A DNA stretch of 64,000 bases. It comes from a virus (lineage: Duplodnaviria; Caudoviricetes). Under the pieces are notes generated by a model. It saw only the letters and a list, made by a program, of their open reading frames with translations. It did no database searches and had not been told where the DNA came from. Of the stretch, positions 10,071-19,978 are shown in pieces. Position 1 is the stretch's first letter, and the number at the start of each line of letters is the position of its first letter. A program made the translations under genes and the position numbers. Location: the IMG/VR virus record IMGVR_UViG_3300028581_000010, one strand, 5' to 3'.

Positions 10071-10705
10071 TACTTCCACCCCGCTGCAAGCGACTCGCTA
10101 ATGAGCCGTATGCGGTTATTAATTGTCGGTACGGAGAGCCTCAGCTTCTTAGCTAGCTGTGCGGTCTCTAGTACAGGTTTGCCACCAAAACCTGTGCGGT
10201 GTTCAAAGATAATCTTATCGTTGTCGTTGAGGTCATGATAAACAAACTGTGTCCATTCATCGTTAGAGCTATCGAACATTGTCGGCAAATTAAAGAGCGA
10301 CGCCATAGACGTGACTGTTCTGCGGCTGTTTAGCATATTGTTTACGAGCCTCGTATTAAATCCAGTATGATCGGCCAGCTCCTCAACCGTAGGTTCACGC
10401 CCGAGAGTGTGCTCTAGATCCTTAGTTACCTTGCCAAGCCTATTTATACCAAACTGGGTGTTTTCTGGCAAACGTATTGTGCTACCATACTGCGTAGACA
10501 TTCTTGACAGCTTTTTAAGGCTATTGACCAGGTGTGTGCTAAACTTGCTCTTTTCGGGCGAGTAGGTGCGTGCCGCTTCTCGTGCCAGCTTATAGGCTTC
10601 GATCTGTACTGTGATCAGCGGAATATTGGTTGCATACTTCGCTGCCTCGACGTCTATAAGCCGCTTGTTATCTGTAATGAGTTTTTCAACCTCTGCCTTT
10701 GTCAT
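10070..10705 (-). CDS. Phage-encoded sigma70-family RNA polymerase sigma factor (regions 2-4)
   Basis: NKRLIDVEAAKY (2.1), EAARTYSPEKSKFSTH (2.2-2.3), TIRLP, LGREPTVEELADHTG (region 3), and C-terminal HTH ETAQLAKKLRLSVPTINNR (region 4). Confidence 0.88.
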   Translation of the reverse strand: MTKAEVEKLITDNKRLIDVEAAKYATNIPLITVQIEAYKLAREAARTYSPEKSKFSTHLVNSLKKLSRMSTQYGSTIRLPENTQFGINRLGKVTKDLEHTLGREPTVEELADHTGFNTRLVNNMLNSRRTVTSMASLFNLPTMFDSSNDEWTQFVYHDLNDNDKIIFEHRTGFGGKPVLETAQLAKKLRLSVPTINNRIRLISESLAAGWK

Positions 10706-12399
10706 GATTCACCTGTAATGTCTGCTATGAACTTTTTCTGAAAGTCTTTCTCTTTTTTACCATCATAACCTAAAAACTCGTCTTTGGAAACACCGATCGT
10801 CTGTTTACCCATGCGCCCACAATTAAAATTGATGGTAGTTATTGCCGATCCGTTGGCCGGGGGAGATAAATCTACCCGGTGGGTAACGCTTGTTACATAG
10901 AACTCCAGAAACATCTCTGTAGAGCGTATAAACAACGTTCCGCTAGCGCCTGGCACCCAGTTTGGGTTAAAGCTGAGAGTCATACTGCCCTGGCGGTCGC
11001 CGTAGCGCACCTGCAAAAACTTTTGCTCGGCATAATTGTCCAGCATATCTTTAAATGGCTTCCTATTGTCTTCAACCGCCTTCTTTTCTCCCTGCGGCAG
11101 ATCTTCGGAGTTCTCCACGTCAGTTATCTGTTCCTTATCTTCGTACATGCTGCCGGCATCACAGGCGGCTTTACCCTTCTGGTTTGCCTCCGGCTTGTTT
11201 GCACCTGCATCCGAGAAGGCCATGAATGGGTGTGCGTGCATAATCAGCACACCCGACGCCTTAGATATAATGTGTTCCTCGTCTGTATAGCTCCCCACAT
11301 ATGGACCCCATGTGGTTGTGGATTGCGACGCCAGCGTCCCACCATAATAGCCCACATTGGATAGAAGCACCGTGGCTACATCCCGGTAACCGTTGTCATT
11401 ATACACGTAGCCATTGTAGTCTGCAGGGTAGGCCATGTTCGGTTTATCCTGCATCCGCCTCTTCTCCGGAGGCGTGTGCTCTTGCTCAATAAAAGAGTTG
11501 ATAGGCACGACAAAGGATTTACTCTGCCCGAAGACGAGAGTGCAACCCAACTGGTTTAGATAGTTAAGGTAGTTTTCCAAAAGCACCGGGCTCGAGCTGA
11601 AGAAAAAGTCTTTTGTGTAGCTCGAAATCAGGTTATTGTTCATGGCAAGCTTGGATAAATATCCGCCGGTGACGGAGGACAGGTCTACCCCTTCGAGTAT
11701 CTTAACTGCCTTTTCTACAGCTACAGTATAGACTTTATCTTTTAAGATCTTTTCCATAGGCGTCCGAATTCTGCTTTGAGAGGCCTGCGAGCCACCTATA
11801 AATTGCTCCCACCCTGAAAGCTGTCTTTTTAGCATACCAATCAAAAACTTAGTGTAGAATTCTATAGGACTTGCCTTAAAGTCAATACCCTGGCAGACAG
11901 CCGCAGAATGCCAGGCGGACACAGTGCCTCCCCCGCTTGTAGGTGCCGTAAACATTGTAGAATTGAATGGAATCTTATAGATATTTTCCGATGTTGGGTA
12001 CAAGCCGGGCATAGTAATAGTCACCTCGAGCAGCGTCTGCGCATGCCCTTTAACGATAGCCTGATACGAAGTACTACCAACAGAGTTGGCCAGAGATATC
12101 CCGTCTAACATACCTGCGAACTGCAGCTTGTGCTTCACCGGATCTTTTGAGCTACTCGGACCAACATGTGTACCAACCTCTATATCTACAGTTATGTCAT
12201 CCTTGCGCTTATAGCTATCCAACTTGGATAAAATGCTTTCCGCGCCTGGAAGCTTATCAATTTTCACCTCGTCTGAGGGGGCTGGAGCAATATCTATAAC
12301 GCAGGTGGGTATATTACCCACTGAGTAGTTTATCGTCACTCCGATCGGTGTAACCCCAGGCAAAGGACTGACTGTTAGCTTTACGTATTTTTCTGCCAT
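10702..12399 (-). CDS. Baseplate hub protein (gp27/gpD-like)
   Basis: C-terminal GSMTLSFNPNWVPGASG...FYVTSVTHRV...TTINF pattern of hub proteins; position downstream of the tape measure. Confidence 0.7.
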   Translation of the reverse strand: MAEKYVKLTVSPLPGVTPIGVTINYSVGNIPTCVIDIAPAPSDEVKIDKLPGAESILSKLDSYKRKDDITVDIEVGTHVGPSSSKDPVKHKLQFAGMLDGISLANSVGSTSYQAIVKGHAQTLLEVTITMPGLYPTSENIYKIPFNSTMFTAPTSGGGTVSAWHSAAVCQGIDFKASPIEFYTKFLIGMLKRQLSGWEQFIGGSQASQSRIRTPMEKILKDKVYTVAVEKAVKILEGVDLSSVTGGYLSKLAMNNNLISSYTKDFFFSSSPVLLENYLNYLNQLGCTLVFGQSKSFVVPINSFIEQEHTPPEKRRMQDKPNMAYPADYNGYVYNDNGYRDVATVLLSNVGYYGGTLASQSTTTWGPYVGSYTDEEHIISKASGVLIMHAHPFMAFSDAGANKPEANQKGKAACDAGSMYEDKEQITDVENSEDLPQGEKKAVEDNRKPFKDMLDNYAEQKFLQVRYGDRQGSMTLSFNPNWVPGASGTLFIRSTEMFLEFYVTSVTHRVDLSPPANGSAITTINFNCGRMGKQTIGVSKDEFLGYDGKKEKDFQKKFIADITGES

Positions 12400-13193
12400 A
12401 GATCTTTCAGTTTAGCGTAGAAGCAGTGCAGCAGTGCTGCAAACCGATACACTGGGTTAAAATAAGTTCTATATATAGCGAGCTGCTCTTTGTCTGCCTC
12501 GCCGTCGTAGGCCAGCATATTCTCAACAATAGGAAAGTTAGACTCAACCTGGCGAATAATCTTCGGCAGGTTGCATACAAACGGGCTCTCAGCCACAACA
12601 GACCAGTGTTTAGAGCTATCTAAAAAGTGAGTAAAGTCTCCGCTGATACGAAATGATAACCCTGTGTCACCTAGGGGTTGCTGTGTAGAAATTAGCCCGG
12701 TCGGCGCGCTAACTGTTACCTCGCAGGCAATAGTTGGTGTCGCGCTTGCGTGTGCTCCATTTACGTACAACTTACGCGCCTTGGAGTAGATTAACAGCTT
12801 AGCGGTGGTGCCAATCTGCGAAATATCAAATGCATCAAAATAGTAGCTTGTATGCTCGTTGCGGGTTAGTGCTCCGTACACATGCATTTGAAATGCGGCG
12901 TCGCCCGTTACCTTGGTACGGTTGGTACGAAAATACTCAGAAATGCTGTCCAACACATATGTTGTACGCGGGTCGTCCTCCAGTGTCTTGCCTAGCGCTC
13001 CTGCAGCCTCCAGTGCGCGTAGATAGCAGTACATTAGAAATTGGCAGTGGTACGTCGATGCATTCTCTGGAAAAAGTAGTGCGTGAAACAACCGGAGGGC
13101 TTGCGGCAGCACAACCGGCGCGTATGCTGGGTTGCCAAACGGATTGTCCGTGGACGACTGATTGAGCAATAGTGTAGTATACTGGTTAAGCAT
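12381..13193 (-). CDS. Hypothetical baseplate-module protein
   Basis: 270-aa ORF coupled to both neighbours within the tail operon. Confidence 0.65.
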   Translation of the reverse strand: MLNQYTTLLLNQSSTDNPFGNPAYAPVVLPQALRLFHALLFPENASTYHCQFLMYCYLRALEAAGALGKTLEDDPRTTYVLDSISEYFRTNRTKVTGDAAFQMHVYGALTRNEHTSYYFDAFDISQIGTTAKLLIYSKARKLYVNGAHASATPTIACEVTVSAPTGLISTQQPLGDTGLSFRISGDFTHFLDSSKHWSVVAESPFVCNLPKIIRQVESNFPIVENMLAYDGEADKEQLAIYRTYFNPVYRFAALLHCFYAKLKDLWQKNT

Positions 13194-13194
13194 C

Positions 13195-13641
13195 TTATAA
13201 GGTGTGATGGATTATGGAGAACACAAGCTGGAACTGCGCCATAGTGTCGGGCTCAGACATTAAGTTTACAGAAGCGTTTGTCATTACAACAGTGCAAACA
13301 AACGAACCGATCATCACCTCCAACTTCTCTCCACGAAGAGCGCGTACGGACTCGTCGAAGAAAGTGTTGAGCCCTGGTATGTTGCTGTCGCAGTCTCCGA
13401 ATAGAAAACCGTTGATAATGAACGCCCCGACGCCCTTGCCAAAGTGAATGAACTTAGTAACGTCATCAAATGTCAGAAAATATTGCAGAGTTTCTCCGAG
13501 CTGAACGCTGGCGTCGCTATACAGAGCCAAAGCGCTAGGGTCTAGCAAGCTTTCTAAAGCAGGAATACGTATCAAATGCGATACGTTTCCACCAGAGTAG
13601 AATACGTCGTTTTGTTGTAGAGCTATAAATGCAGCAGCCAT
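13195..13641 (-). CDS. Tail-tube-like baseplate tube initiator
   Basis: 148-aa all-beta tube-fold pattern (FIHFGKGVGAFIINGFLFG...FQLVFSII) immediately after the tape measure. Confidence 0.6.
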   Translation of the reverse strand: MAAAFIALQQNDVFYSGGNVSHLIRIPALESLLDPSALALYSDASVQLGETLQYFLTFDDVTKFIHFGKGVGAFIINGFLFGDCDSNIPGLNTFFDESVRALRGEKLEVMIGSFVCTVVMTNASVNLMSEPDTMAQFQLVFSIIHHTL

Positions 13642-13653
13642 TGTATGATATTG

Positions 13654-16600
13654 TTAGCCATTCGGTCCAACTAGCTGAGACACAGCTGTGCCCAACTTGT
13701 CCAGAGATCCGGCTAGCCCACTTTGGTTTAAGCTAGTCATGAGTTCTCGCACCAGCGCCTGTAGCGGGGCCATGTGGTCCTCGGTGGTCTTACCGGCAGC
13801 AGCGTCCGCGTTTTTAGCCTGGCCTATCGCGTCAATTAGCTGATCGCTGGCCTTACCAACTACACCGTATTTCTGCCCAGGGGTGAACGGTGAAACTGCC
13901 TCCTCCGGGCCGTCGCCGTCAGGATCCACTGGCATAAAGATGCCGGTGCGGCCAGTAGCGTCTTCGCTAAACTGCTTGATGTCAAATGAGCCATCTTCCC
14001 TCGTATACTCGCGTTTGATTAGAGCTGCACCCTCGCTAGCGTTTGCATCGGAGCCGAGCAGCATCTTGTCAAGTGTATTGGAGAAAGTATTTACCTGTTC
14101 CGCAACCCCCAACTCAGCGTTGCGTTCACGACCGGCCTCGATCTGTAGCTGGCCTATAGCGGCAACCTCCCCGCGCTGTGTGCCAGATGTAAATAGTTTG
14201 AAAGCCTCCTGGCTTTTAAGCACACCAAGTTTGTCCATCAGACGATACTGTCTCAGACGAGTGTCGCCGGCTTTGTCTTTAGCTAGATCTGCTGGAGATT
14301 TCTTAAGCAACTCCTCGTAGTCTCCCTCAACTTCGTCCAAAGACTTATCTTTAATGGCAGCCAGACTTTCTGCAGATACCATGTCAGCGGTCACCGCCAC
14401 ATCCTTGTAGCCCATCTTTCCAAGGTGCGCGTTCATCTTGGCCGCGAGGGCCTCATTACGCTCTGCTGGTGTGCCTAAATTTGTAGCTTCGTACATATCC
14501 TTCAGCCCGGCGTGAACTGTATCTGCTATCTTTTTCTCCTCTGCCCCAACGCTATCATCAACTAAAAACGAGCTGAGCACATTTTTTATCTTTGTAGCAC
14601 TCAGCGGAGTATTCATGTCAGACAGCGCAGCGTCGGAGAGCTGCGTGAGTATTCCGGCGTTGAAACGCCCGTTGAGCTTATCCATGCGAGCATCTATAGC
14701 GCTATACTCGTCCCTAGTTTTATCCAACAGCGCCGCCGTCTCTGGGCTTTGGACTCTGTCTAGTTGCTCCAGTATACTGCCCTGGTTAGCCATGAAAAAC
14801 TTTTGCAGCTCTTCATACCCGCTAAATTTCTGAGTTGAGTAATCCCTAACAGTTAAGCCTGACTTAACTATATCAGACAAGAGGTTCTCAGCTGTTAGGG
14901 GGTTACCATCCTGGTCCTGCACGTCACTGTTTGTAAGATACTGGCTCATATCAGCCATTACCGAGTTAAAAATAGAGCCTTTTACGCGTCCTTCAATTTT
15001 GGGGTCAGCCCTACCTAGCGCACGCTGCATCTCATTCTTAGACGTTGCCCATAGCGTAGCAGGGCTTATTCCGGTAGCCTCCGATAACTCGCTCATCATT
15101 GCGGAGACGTTCTCGCCGTTAAGGCCTTCCTTGGCGTAGCGATCGATTATATCATAAGCTACGGCACCCTTGGTGTCGTTCTTAAAGCGTGCGTATAGAG
15201 CGGAAAGTGTGCCCCCTGTATCGGAGTTGAGGTGCATGAGGGACTCTTGTGCAATATTAGCGGCAATAGACTGTGTGCCGCCTGCCTGTGCTAGCTGTTT
15301 TGCGCTTAGCCCTACTCCAACACTAGCCGCGCTTTTCACTGCCTCCATACCTATGCGCGTAGAGGACATAGCGCTCATATATTCCAGGCCTGGTGTATTG
15401 CGCGCCACCTCCTTAGTACTCTTTATGATTCCTAGCAGCACCTCGATGCTGACTCCCGCTACTCTAGCTGTAGATTTTACCTTGCGAAGTAATTGCTCGG
15501 CCTCGTTGGCACCTGTGGCTGTAGTTAGGTCCAGGTCGCCTGTCCCAATTAGATCCCGCATAAGCTGAACGTAGTCCCCGCCCTTTCTATCGCGCCCTAT
15601 GAGTGAGGCTGCCGCGCTCAGCGCACCGCCTGAGTGTCGTTCAAATTGGTCAGACTTGTCGTACGTCGACCCCTTCGCGCCCAAGGCGTGCAGCTGCGCG
15701 GCGGAGGCGAACGCTGAACCGAACTGTTCTGTGGTTAAACCGCGTGTATTTTCAAAGTTTATTCCAGCAAACACCTTGCCTTCTTTCTCTAAGCGACGGC
15801 GTTCTAAAGCTAACTCTTCAAAACTGTTTATTTTACGCAGGTCGCTAACACGGGCTCGCATATCCGCCACAGTGGCCATACCTTTGGCATCCAGGGCCAT
15901 ACCTTTGCCGAGATCTTTGCCAGCCTCCTTGTAGACCTTAGCTATAGTATCTGTTGCCTCCTTGGCTGCCTTCTTAAGTAGCTCATCCTTGCCGTCACTA
16001 TTTTCATAGGCCTGAAGCGCCCCTATTTGTGACTCTAGCTGGCTTGCCAACGCATGGCGACCGTATACGTCGCTGTTATGCTTGCCTACGTTGGCGCTAA
16101 ACGAATAGTTCTTCAGATCCTCACGGGACTTGCCAGGAAATACCTGGCGTAAATACTCGTCGGAAGAGGTATCTATCATTTTTCTAACCCGCTGCTCCTG
16201 TTCATCCCTAAAAGACTTATCCACAGGCTTCCACTTGTAGAAATTCTTATTCATCGTGCGCATCACGCTGTCTGTGTCAGCTACAGAGGCGGGTGTTACT
16301 CTCCCGAAGGCCCCCATAGAGACGGCGCCGGACAAATCTGCGAATAACCCCATCTGCGTGGCCACCGGGTTGCCGCCCATCAACGGTGATAGCAAGCTAC
16401 TGGCGAGACCGTCTGGAGAGCCAAGGAGCTGTCCCATAATACTACCAACCTTACTACCAGACAGTCCTGTCAATTGCATGGCCAGACTGCTAGAGAAAGC
16501 CTGCCGCTGAATCTTCATGAACTGCAGCGAGCGCTCCTTCTGAATATACGCATCCATCTGCCCCTGTGCGCCGAAAGGCCTAGGCCTATAGTTATGCCCG

Positions 16601-16716
16601 ATGAGCCCCTGCAACATCACGTTGAGCATGGCGTTGTCCCCGTAGCTAGGCCCGAAGGGCATGTACTGCGAGTTATCCGCAAAAGGCGCCGTAGAATTAA
16701 ATTCAGAACTGTTCAT
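13654..16716 (-). CDS. Tail tape measure protein
   Basis: 1020-aa Ala/Gly-rich helical ORF directly downstream of the chaperone pair with the frameshift site. Confidence 0.8.
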   Translation of the reverse strand: MNSSEFNSTAPFADNSQYMPFGPSYGDNAMLNVMLQGLIGHNYRPRPFGAQGQMDAYIQKERSLQFMKIQRQAFSSSLAMQLTGLSGSKVGSIMGQLLGSPDGLASSLLSPLMGGNPVATQMGLFADLSGAVSMGAFGRVTPASVADTDSVMRTMNKNFYKWKPVDKSFRDEQEQRVRKMIDTSSDEYLRQVFPGKSREDLKNYSFSANVGKHNSDVYGRHALASQLESQIGALQAYENSDGKDELLKKAAKEATDTIAKVYKEAGKDLGKGMALDAKGMATVADMRARVSDLRKINSFEELALERRRLEKEGKVFAGINFENTRGLTTEQFGSAFASAAQLHALGAKGSTYDKSDQFERHSGGALSAAASLIGRDRKGGDYVQLMRDLIGTGDLDLTTATGANEAEQLLRKVKSTARVAGVSIEVLLGIIKSTKEVARNTPGLEYMSAMSSTRIGMEAVKSAASVGVGLSAKQLAQAGGTQSIAANIAQESLMHLNSDTGGTLSALYARFKNDTKGAVAYDIIDRYAKEGLNGENVSAMMSELSEATGISPATLWATSKNEMQRALGRADPKIEGRVKGSIFNSVMADMSQYLTNSDVQDQDGNPLTAENLLSDIVKSGLTVRDYSTQKFSGYEELQKFFMANQGSILEQLDRVQSPETAALLDKTRDEYSAIDARMDKLNGRFNAGILTQLSDAALSDMNTPLSATKIKNVLSSFLVDDSVGAEEKKIADTVHAGLKDMYEATNLGTPAERNEALAAKMNAHLGKMGYKDVAVTADMVSAESLAAIKDKSLDEVEGDYEELLKKSPADLAKDKAGDTRLRQYRLMDKLGVLKSQEAFKLFTSGTQRGEVAAIGQLQIEAGRERNAELGVAEQVNTFSNTLDKMLLGSDANASEGAALIKREYTREDGSFDIKQFSEDATGRTGIFMPVDPDGDGPEEAVSPFTPGQKYGVVGKASDQLIDAIGQAKNADAAAGKTTEDHMAPLQALVRELMTSLNQSGLAGSLDKLGTAVSQLVGPNG

Positions 16717-17063
16717 TTAGGTTTGTTCATCCTATCGAGCAGGCCTTTCCACTCAGCCATAGCGGATGGGGATGTAACTTCCTCTATTTTATCAGGTTGA
16801 GTCTCGGAAGGCAATTTTAAAGCCGTATAGCGCTTGAGAAGCCTATATACGGACTCTATCAGCTCTTTTGTCATTTTCCCAGACCCTGCGGTTAGCGTGG
16901 CCTCTACAGATAGCTGCTTGGCCATGATATCTGCGTAGACATCGTCCATTATTTTGGCAAGCACCAACTCCTCCCTTAGCTGAGAGGTCATGCACTTTGG
17001 CTGAAAATTAAGCCAGCCACGCAGGTAACCCTCAGTGAGAGCTATTACGCGCCGGCTTTCCAA
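16713..17063 (-). CDS. Tail assembly chaperone, frameshift-extension (T-like) segment
   Basis: Has no ATG. The open frame begins exactly at the slippery heptamer, in the -1 frame of the upstream chaperone. Confidence 0.75.
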   Translation of the reverse strand: MESRRVIALTEGYLRGWLNFQPKCMTSQLREELVLAKIMDDVYADIMAKQLSVEATLTAGSGKMTKELIESVYRLLKRYTALKLPSETQPDKIEEVTSPSAMAEWKGLLDRMNKPK

Positions 17064-17563
17064 AAATTTTTAGTCTGCACCTCCATAGTAAGGGCCACAA
17101 CCTTGGCCTCAAACGTGCGGAAGGCTTCCAGGAAGGCAGCAAGCTTAAAGGTCGACCAGCTCTTTAGCGCCTTAGCTCTGTAGGCTATATACGTATCGCC
17201 CGAGTCGATATTCTTAATGAACGCCTCCTTGAGGGGTAACTTTGTAGGTTTTCCGTCAATAGACTCAATGCATAGTGCGAGCCTATAAGTAGAAAGCGTT
17301 ATGAAATATGCGTCGTTATCCTGAGCAGTGCCAGCTACGCGGTCGGCGGCGATCTGGGTGACCACATCGTTGTTTTCTTGCACAGTCATTGTACGAAATT
17401 CGACGGTCATCTGCCCGTCGAACAACTCCATAGTTTCCGTGTAGGGTGTATCCGCAAGGACGCACTTGAAGAACTTCTCCTTCTCTCCTTGTGTAATTTC
17501 CGGCTTGCGGACTGCTTCCTTAGTCATCTCCATTGTTGTACTGATTGGTTCCATATTAATCAT
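17045..17563 (-). CDS. Tail assembly chaperone (G-like)
   Basis: 172-aa ORF (YTETMELFDGQMTVEFRTMTVQE) two genes upstream of the tape measure; ends just after the slippery site. Confidence 0.75.
   Translation of the reverse strand: MINMEPISTTMEMTKEAVRKPEITQGEKEKFFKCVLADTPYTETMELFDGQMTVEFRTMTVQENNDVVTQIAADRVAGTAQDNDAYFITLSTYRLALCIESIDGKPTKLPLKEAFIKNIDSGDTYIAYRAKALKSWSTFKLAAFLEAFRTFEAKVVALTMEVQTKNFWKAGA
17063..17069 (-). other. Programmed -1 ribosomal frameshift heptamer A AAT TTT
   Basis: X XXY YYZ heptamer in frame with 17045..17563 (ACT AAA AAT TTT TGG). A -1 slip reads into 16713..17063, giving a 283-aa fusion. Confidence 0.8.
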
Positions 17564-19913
17564 TGTCTTCTCTTGTTTTCTGCACTTTGTATTTCTGTAA
17601 AGATTCTAGTGTGATCTTTCCTGGGCGTGATTGCGGCGTAGCTGTGTGTACATAACTTTTATCTCCGCCTTTAGGGGCCTGGAGGTTAACAGGCTTTTCT
17701 GTGTCGAAGAAGAATTGCTCAAACTTTTCCTTACCAGGGTAAGGCAGTGATTCGTTAATTTCTTTCTCTTTCCACTCTATAAGCTCATACAGCTTACTCA
17801 ACTTGTCCTCCTGCTGGGCAAGCGTGCTGAATATAGCGTCCTCTTGGTCAATAAGCTTACCATATTTATAAGATTTGAGAAACTTAAACTTCAAGTCATC
17901 AAATTTTTGTTCTTCCTGAAATATAGTCTGACGGAGCACGTTGTCCAGGTTCTGCTTGATAGGGTCAAAGCCCGTAGCTATGGACACAGTGTCCAGCACA
18001 CCTTCCAAGCCTGCTGCGGCGGCACCAGCTATAACATTGAGCTTGTTGGCAGAAATAGTCAGCCGTTTCTCTTTCTCTCCAAGAACAGTACCGGCCGCGC
18101 CAGCCAGAAGTGTATCGCCCTTAGACAGCAAGCCTAGGCGTGTTTCGGCTACGGCGTATATCGCATTATCGCTGAGCAGCTGTAGTATGTTTTTACTGTA
18201 TATTGTAAACTTATTGTCGGTAACGAAGTCACATTTGTCTAACGCCTGAAACAGCATCTTCTTCTTGCTATAGTTTAAGATCATCTTGTCGGCGTATGAG
18301 TAAATACCTTTTGTAGACTTAAATACGATACCGCCGATGTCGTCGATGGCGTCTTCCTTCGGATCAGGTGTACCTGGTGTATCTTTCTCGGGGCGCACCT
18401 CCATCACAATGCCTGACTTATCGCTGTAGAAATACTGCGACTTCTTTGTTTTAAGGCGAAAGCCTCGATCCGTAGAGGAAATATCTACGTCCTTCTTAGA
18501 CGCGATCGATGTAAAGCCCCCGACCTTGGCCACCATGTTGCGCAAGGGCTCGAGAAATAGATCCTTTGCAGGCTGCAGCGATATCTGTCCTCCCTCCATA
18601 ACAATTGCCGAGCCCCAGGCATCCACCAAAGAGATGCCCCCGTTCGGCAGTATGTAGACGCCCGCTGTGCGCAGCTTATAGTCTCCAAAACGGGCAGGAG
18701 TTGAGTCATCCACTCCCTGAATTTCACTGAGCGGCTTTTCTTGCTCAACGTCGTCATTTACATAGAAGTCTTTTTTGTGCTCTTTAAAATTCTTGTATCC
18801 ATGGCTCTCGTCCACGAACGCCAAATAGTCACGTATCTGCAGTGCGTATAGAAAGGGGTTCTCCTTGTACCTGTTTCCCTGCTCAAATTCAAACGGGGTC
18901 TTGGTTGTGTAGTTCACATCATTATCGCCCTGCGGGTCAGCGGGGTCATAGGCGCGGTGTGGTACACGTATCCAGGCGGTCTTCTCTAGAAAAATCTCTT
19001 TCACCGAGCGAACATACACACCACCGTCAGGACTAATGTGAAAGTCCATCATACCTGTGTCTGGGTCTGCGCTAATACCCTCGCCAAGCGCTCTAGGAGT
19101 CCCCTCACGAGGACGCACCACCATAAAGCGTACCAAGTCACCCAACCGCCCTAAAAAGAGCTTAAAGCGCTCCACAGCTCGAAGTTGCTCCTTCTCGAGT
19201 TTATAGAAATCCGCCTTGTCGGTGGCGTCTTTCTCGCCTTCGCTAAACGTAGGTTCAGCCTCACCTGATACTCCCGATGCTGGCTGCCCGTAGGCTTCCT
19301 GCGGAATATGGGTACCACTAAACTCTGCCATTAGTGCCTGCCCGTCATGATATACAGTATACTCGCCTAAAGAGGTGTAGTGCTGGAAGTTATGGCTGAC
19401 GATTCTAACCAGGTCATCGAGAAGAAAGCATTGTACCTGAGCTAGATCTGAGGCGGAAAGCGTGGCGAATAGCTGACTCAGCCCCAGCATTACACCTAGG
19501 TCGTTAACCAGAACATAGTCGCCTGGCGGAACGTCCGTTGGGCGCCGCTGGTCATACAGCGCCTCTACAGTCTGCTCGTGACCCGCAGCAAACGCCGTAT
19601 CCTTCTGCAACACACCTGCCCCTAGGTAAGCCCTTGCTGGGAAAAACTTAAAAGCCTTGTTGTCTTGAGGTATTGTACCTAGAATGTAGCACGAGTTTGT
19701 CGTACCTGGCATGCAAAGCACACGGCTGCCGGGCTGCGGAAGGACTACCTCTCTGAAACCTAAAAAGTTGGCCAGCGTGGTAGATAGCGGCACCCCTTGA
19801 ATCAGGGTTCCGGCATCTCCTCCGACAGGATAGTCCTCTCTTACAACGTGTACCGCGAAAGAACCAGGTATTGCCGAAATAACATGTGCTATAAAAAGAT
19901 CTGAATTTTGCAT
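17556..19913 (-). CDS. Central baseplate spike (gp5/VgrG/gpV-like; OB-fold plus beta-helix)
   Basis: N-terminal OB-fold pattern (VVLPQPGSRVLC...YILGTIP) and a repetitive beta-strand C-terminal half (GNISL-type repeats). Confidence 0.75.
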   Translation of the reverse strand: MQNSDLFIAHVISAIPGSFAVHVVREDYPVGGDAGTLIQGVPLSTTLANFLGFREVVLPQPGSRVLCMPGTTNSCYILGTIPQDNKAFKFFPARAYLGAGVLQKDTAFAAGHEQTVEALYDQRRPTDVPPGDYVLVNDLGVMLGLSQLFATLSASDLAQVQCFLLDDLVRIVSHNFQHYTSLGEYTVYHDGQALMAEFSGTHIPQEAYGQPASGVSGEAEPTFSEGEKDATDKADFYKLEKEQLRAVERFKLFLGRLGDLVRFMVVRPREGTPRALGEGISADPDTGMMDFHISPDGGVYVRSVKEIFLEKTAWIRVPHRAYDPADPQGDNDVNYTTKTPFEFEQGNRYKENPFLYALQIRDYLAFVDESHGYKNFKEHKKDFYVNDDVEQEKPLSEIQGVDDSTPARFGDYKLRTAGVYILPNGGISLVDAWGSAIVMEGGQISLQPAKDLFLEPLRNMVAKVGGFTSIASKKDVDISSTDRGFRLKTKKSQYFYSDKSGIVMEVRPEKDTPGTPDPKEDAIDDIGGIVFKSTKGIYSYADKMILNYSKKKMLFQALDKCDFVTDNKFTIYSKNILQLLSDNAIYAVAETRLGLLSKGDTLLAGAAGTVLGEKEKRLTISANKLNVIAGAAAAGLEGVLDTVSIATGFDPIKQNLDNVLRQTIFQEEQKFDDLKFKFLKSYKYGKLIDQEDAIFSTLAQQEDKLSKLYELIEWKEKEINESLPYPGKEKFEQFFFDTEKPVNLQAPKGGDKSYVHTATPQSRPGKITLESLQKYKVQKTREDND

Positions 19914-19914
19914 G

Positions 19915-19948
19915 AAAAAGCCTCTGTAGTTATGATACCACAGAGGCT
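19915..19948 (-). terminator. Intrinsic terminator after the tail tube gene
   Basis: RNA stem AGCCUCUGUGGU / ACUACAGAGGCU (one G-U pair), 6-nt loop, then UUUUU ending 1 nt before ATG 19913. Confidence 0.7.
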
Positions 19949-19959
19949 CTTCGAAGCAA
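19932..19959 (-). promoter_or_regulatory. Promoter TTGCTT-N16-(TGn)TATCAT overlapping the terminator hairpin
   Basis: Extended -10 TGgTATCAT lies in the hairpin arm and loop, 18 nt upstream of the spike ATG. Confidence 0.45.
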
Positions 19960-19978
19960 CAACAAACTAGAGGTTATC

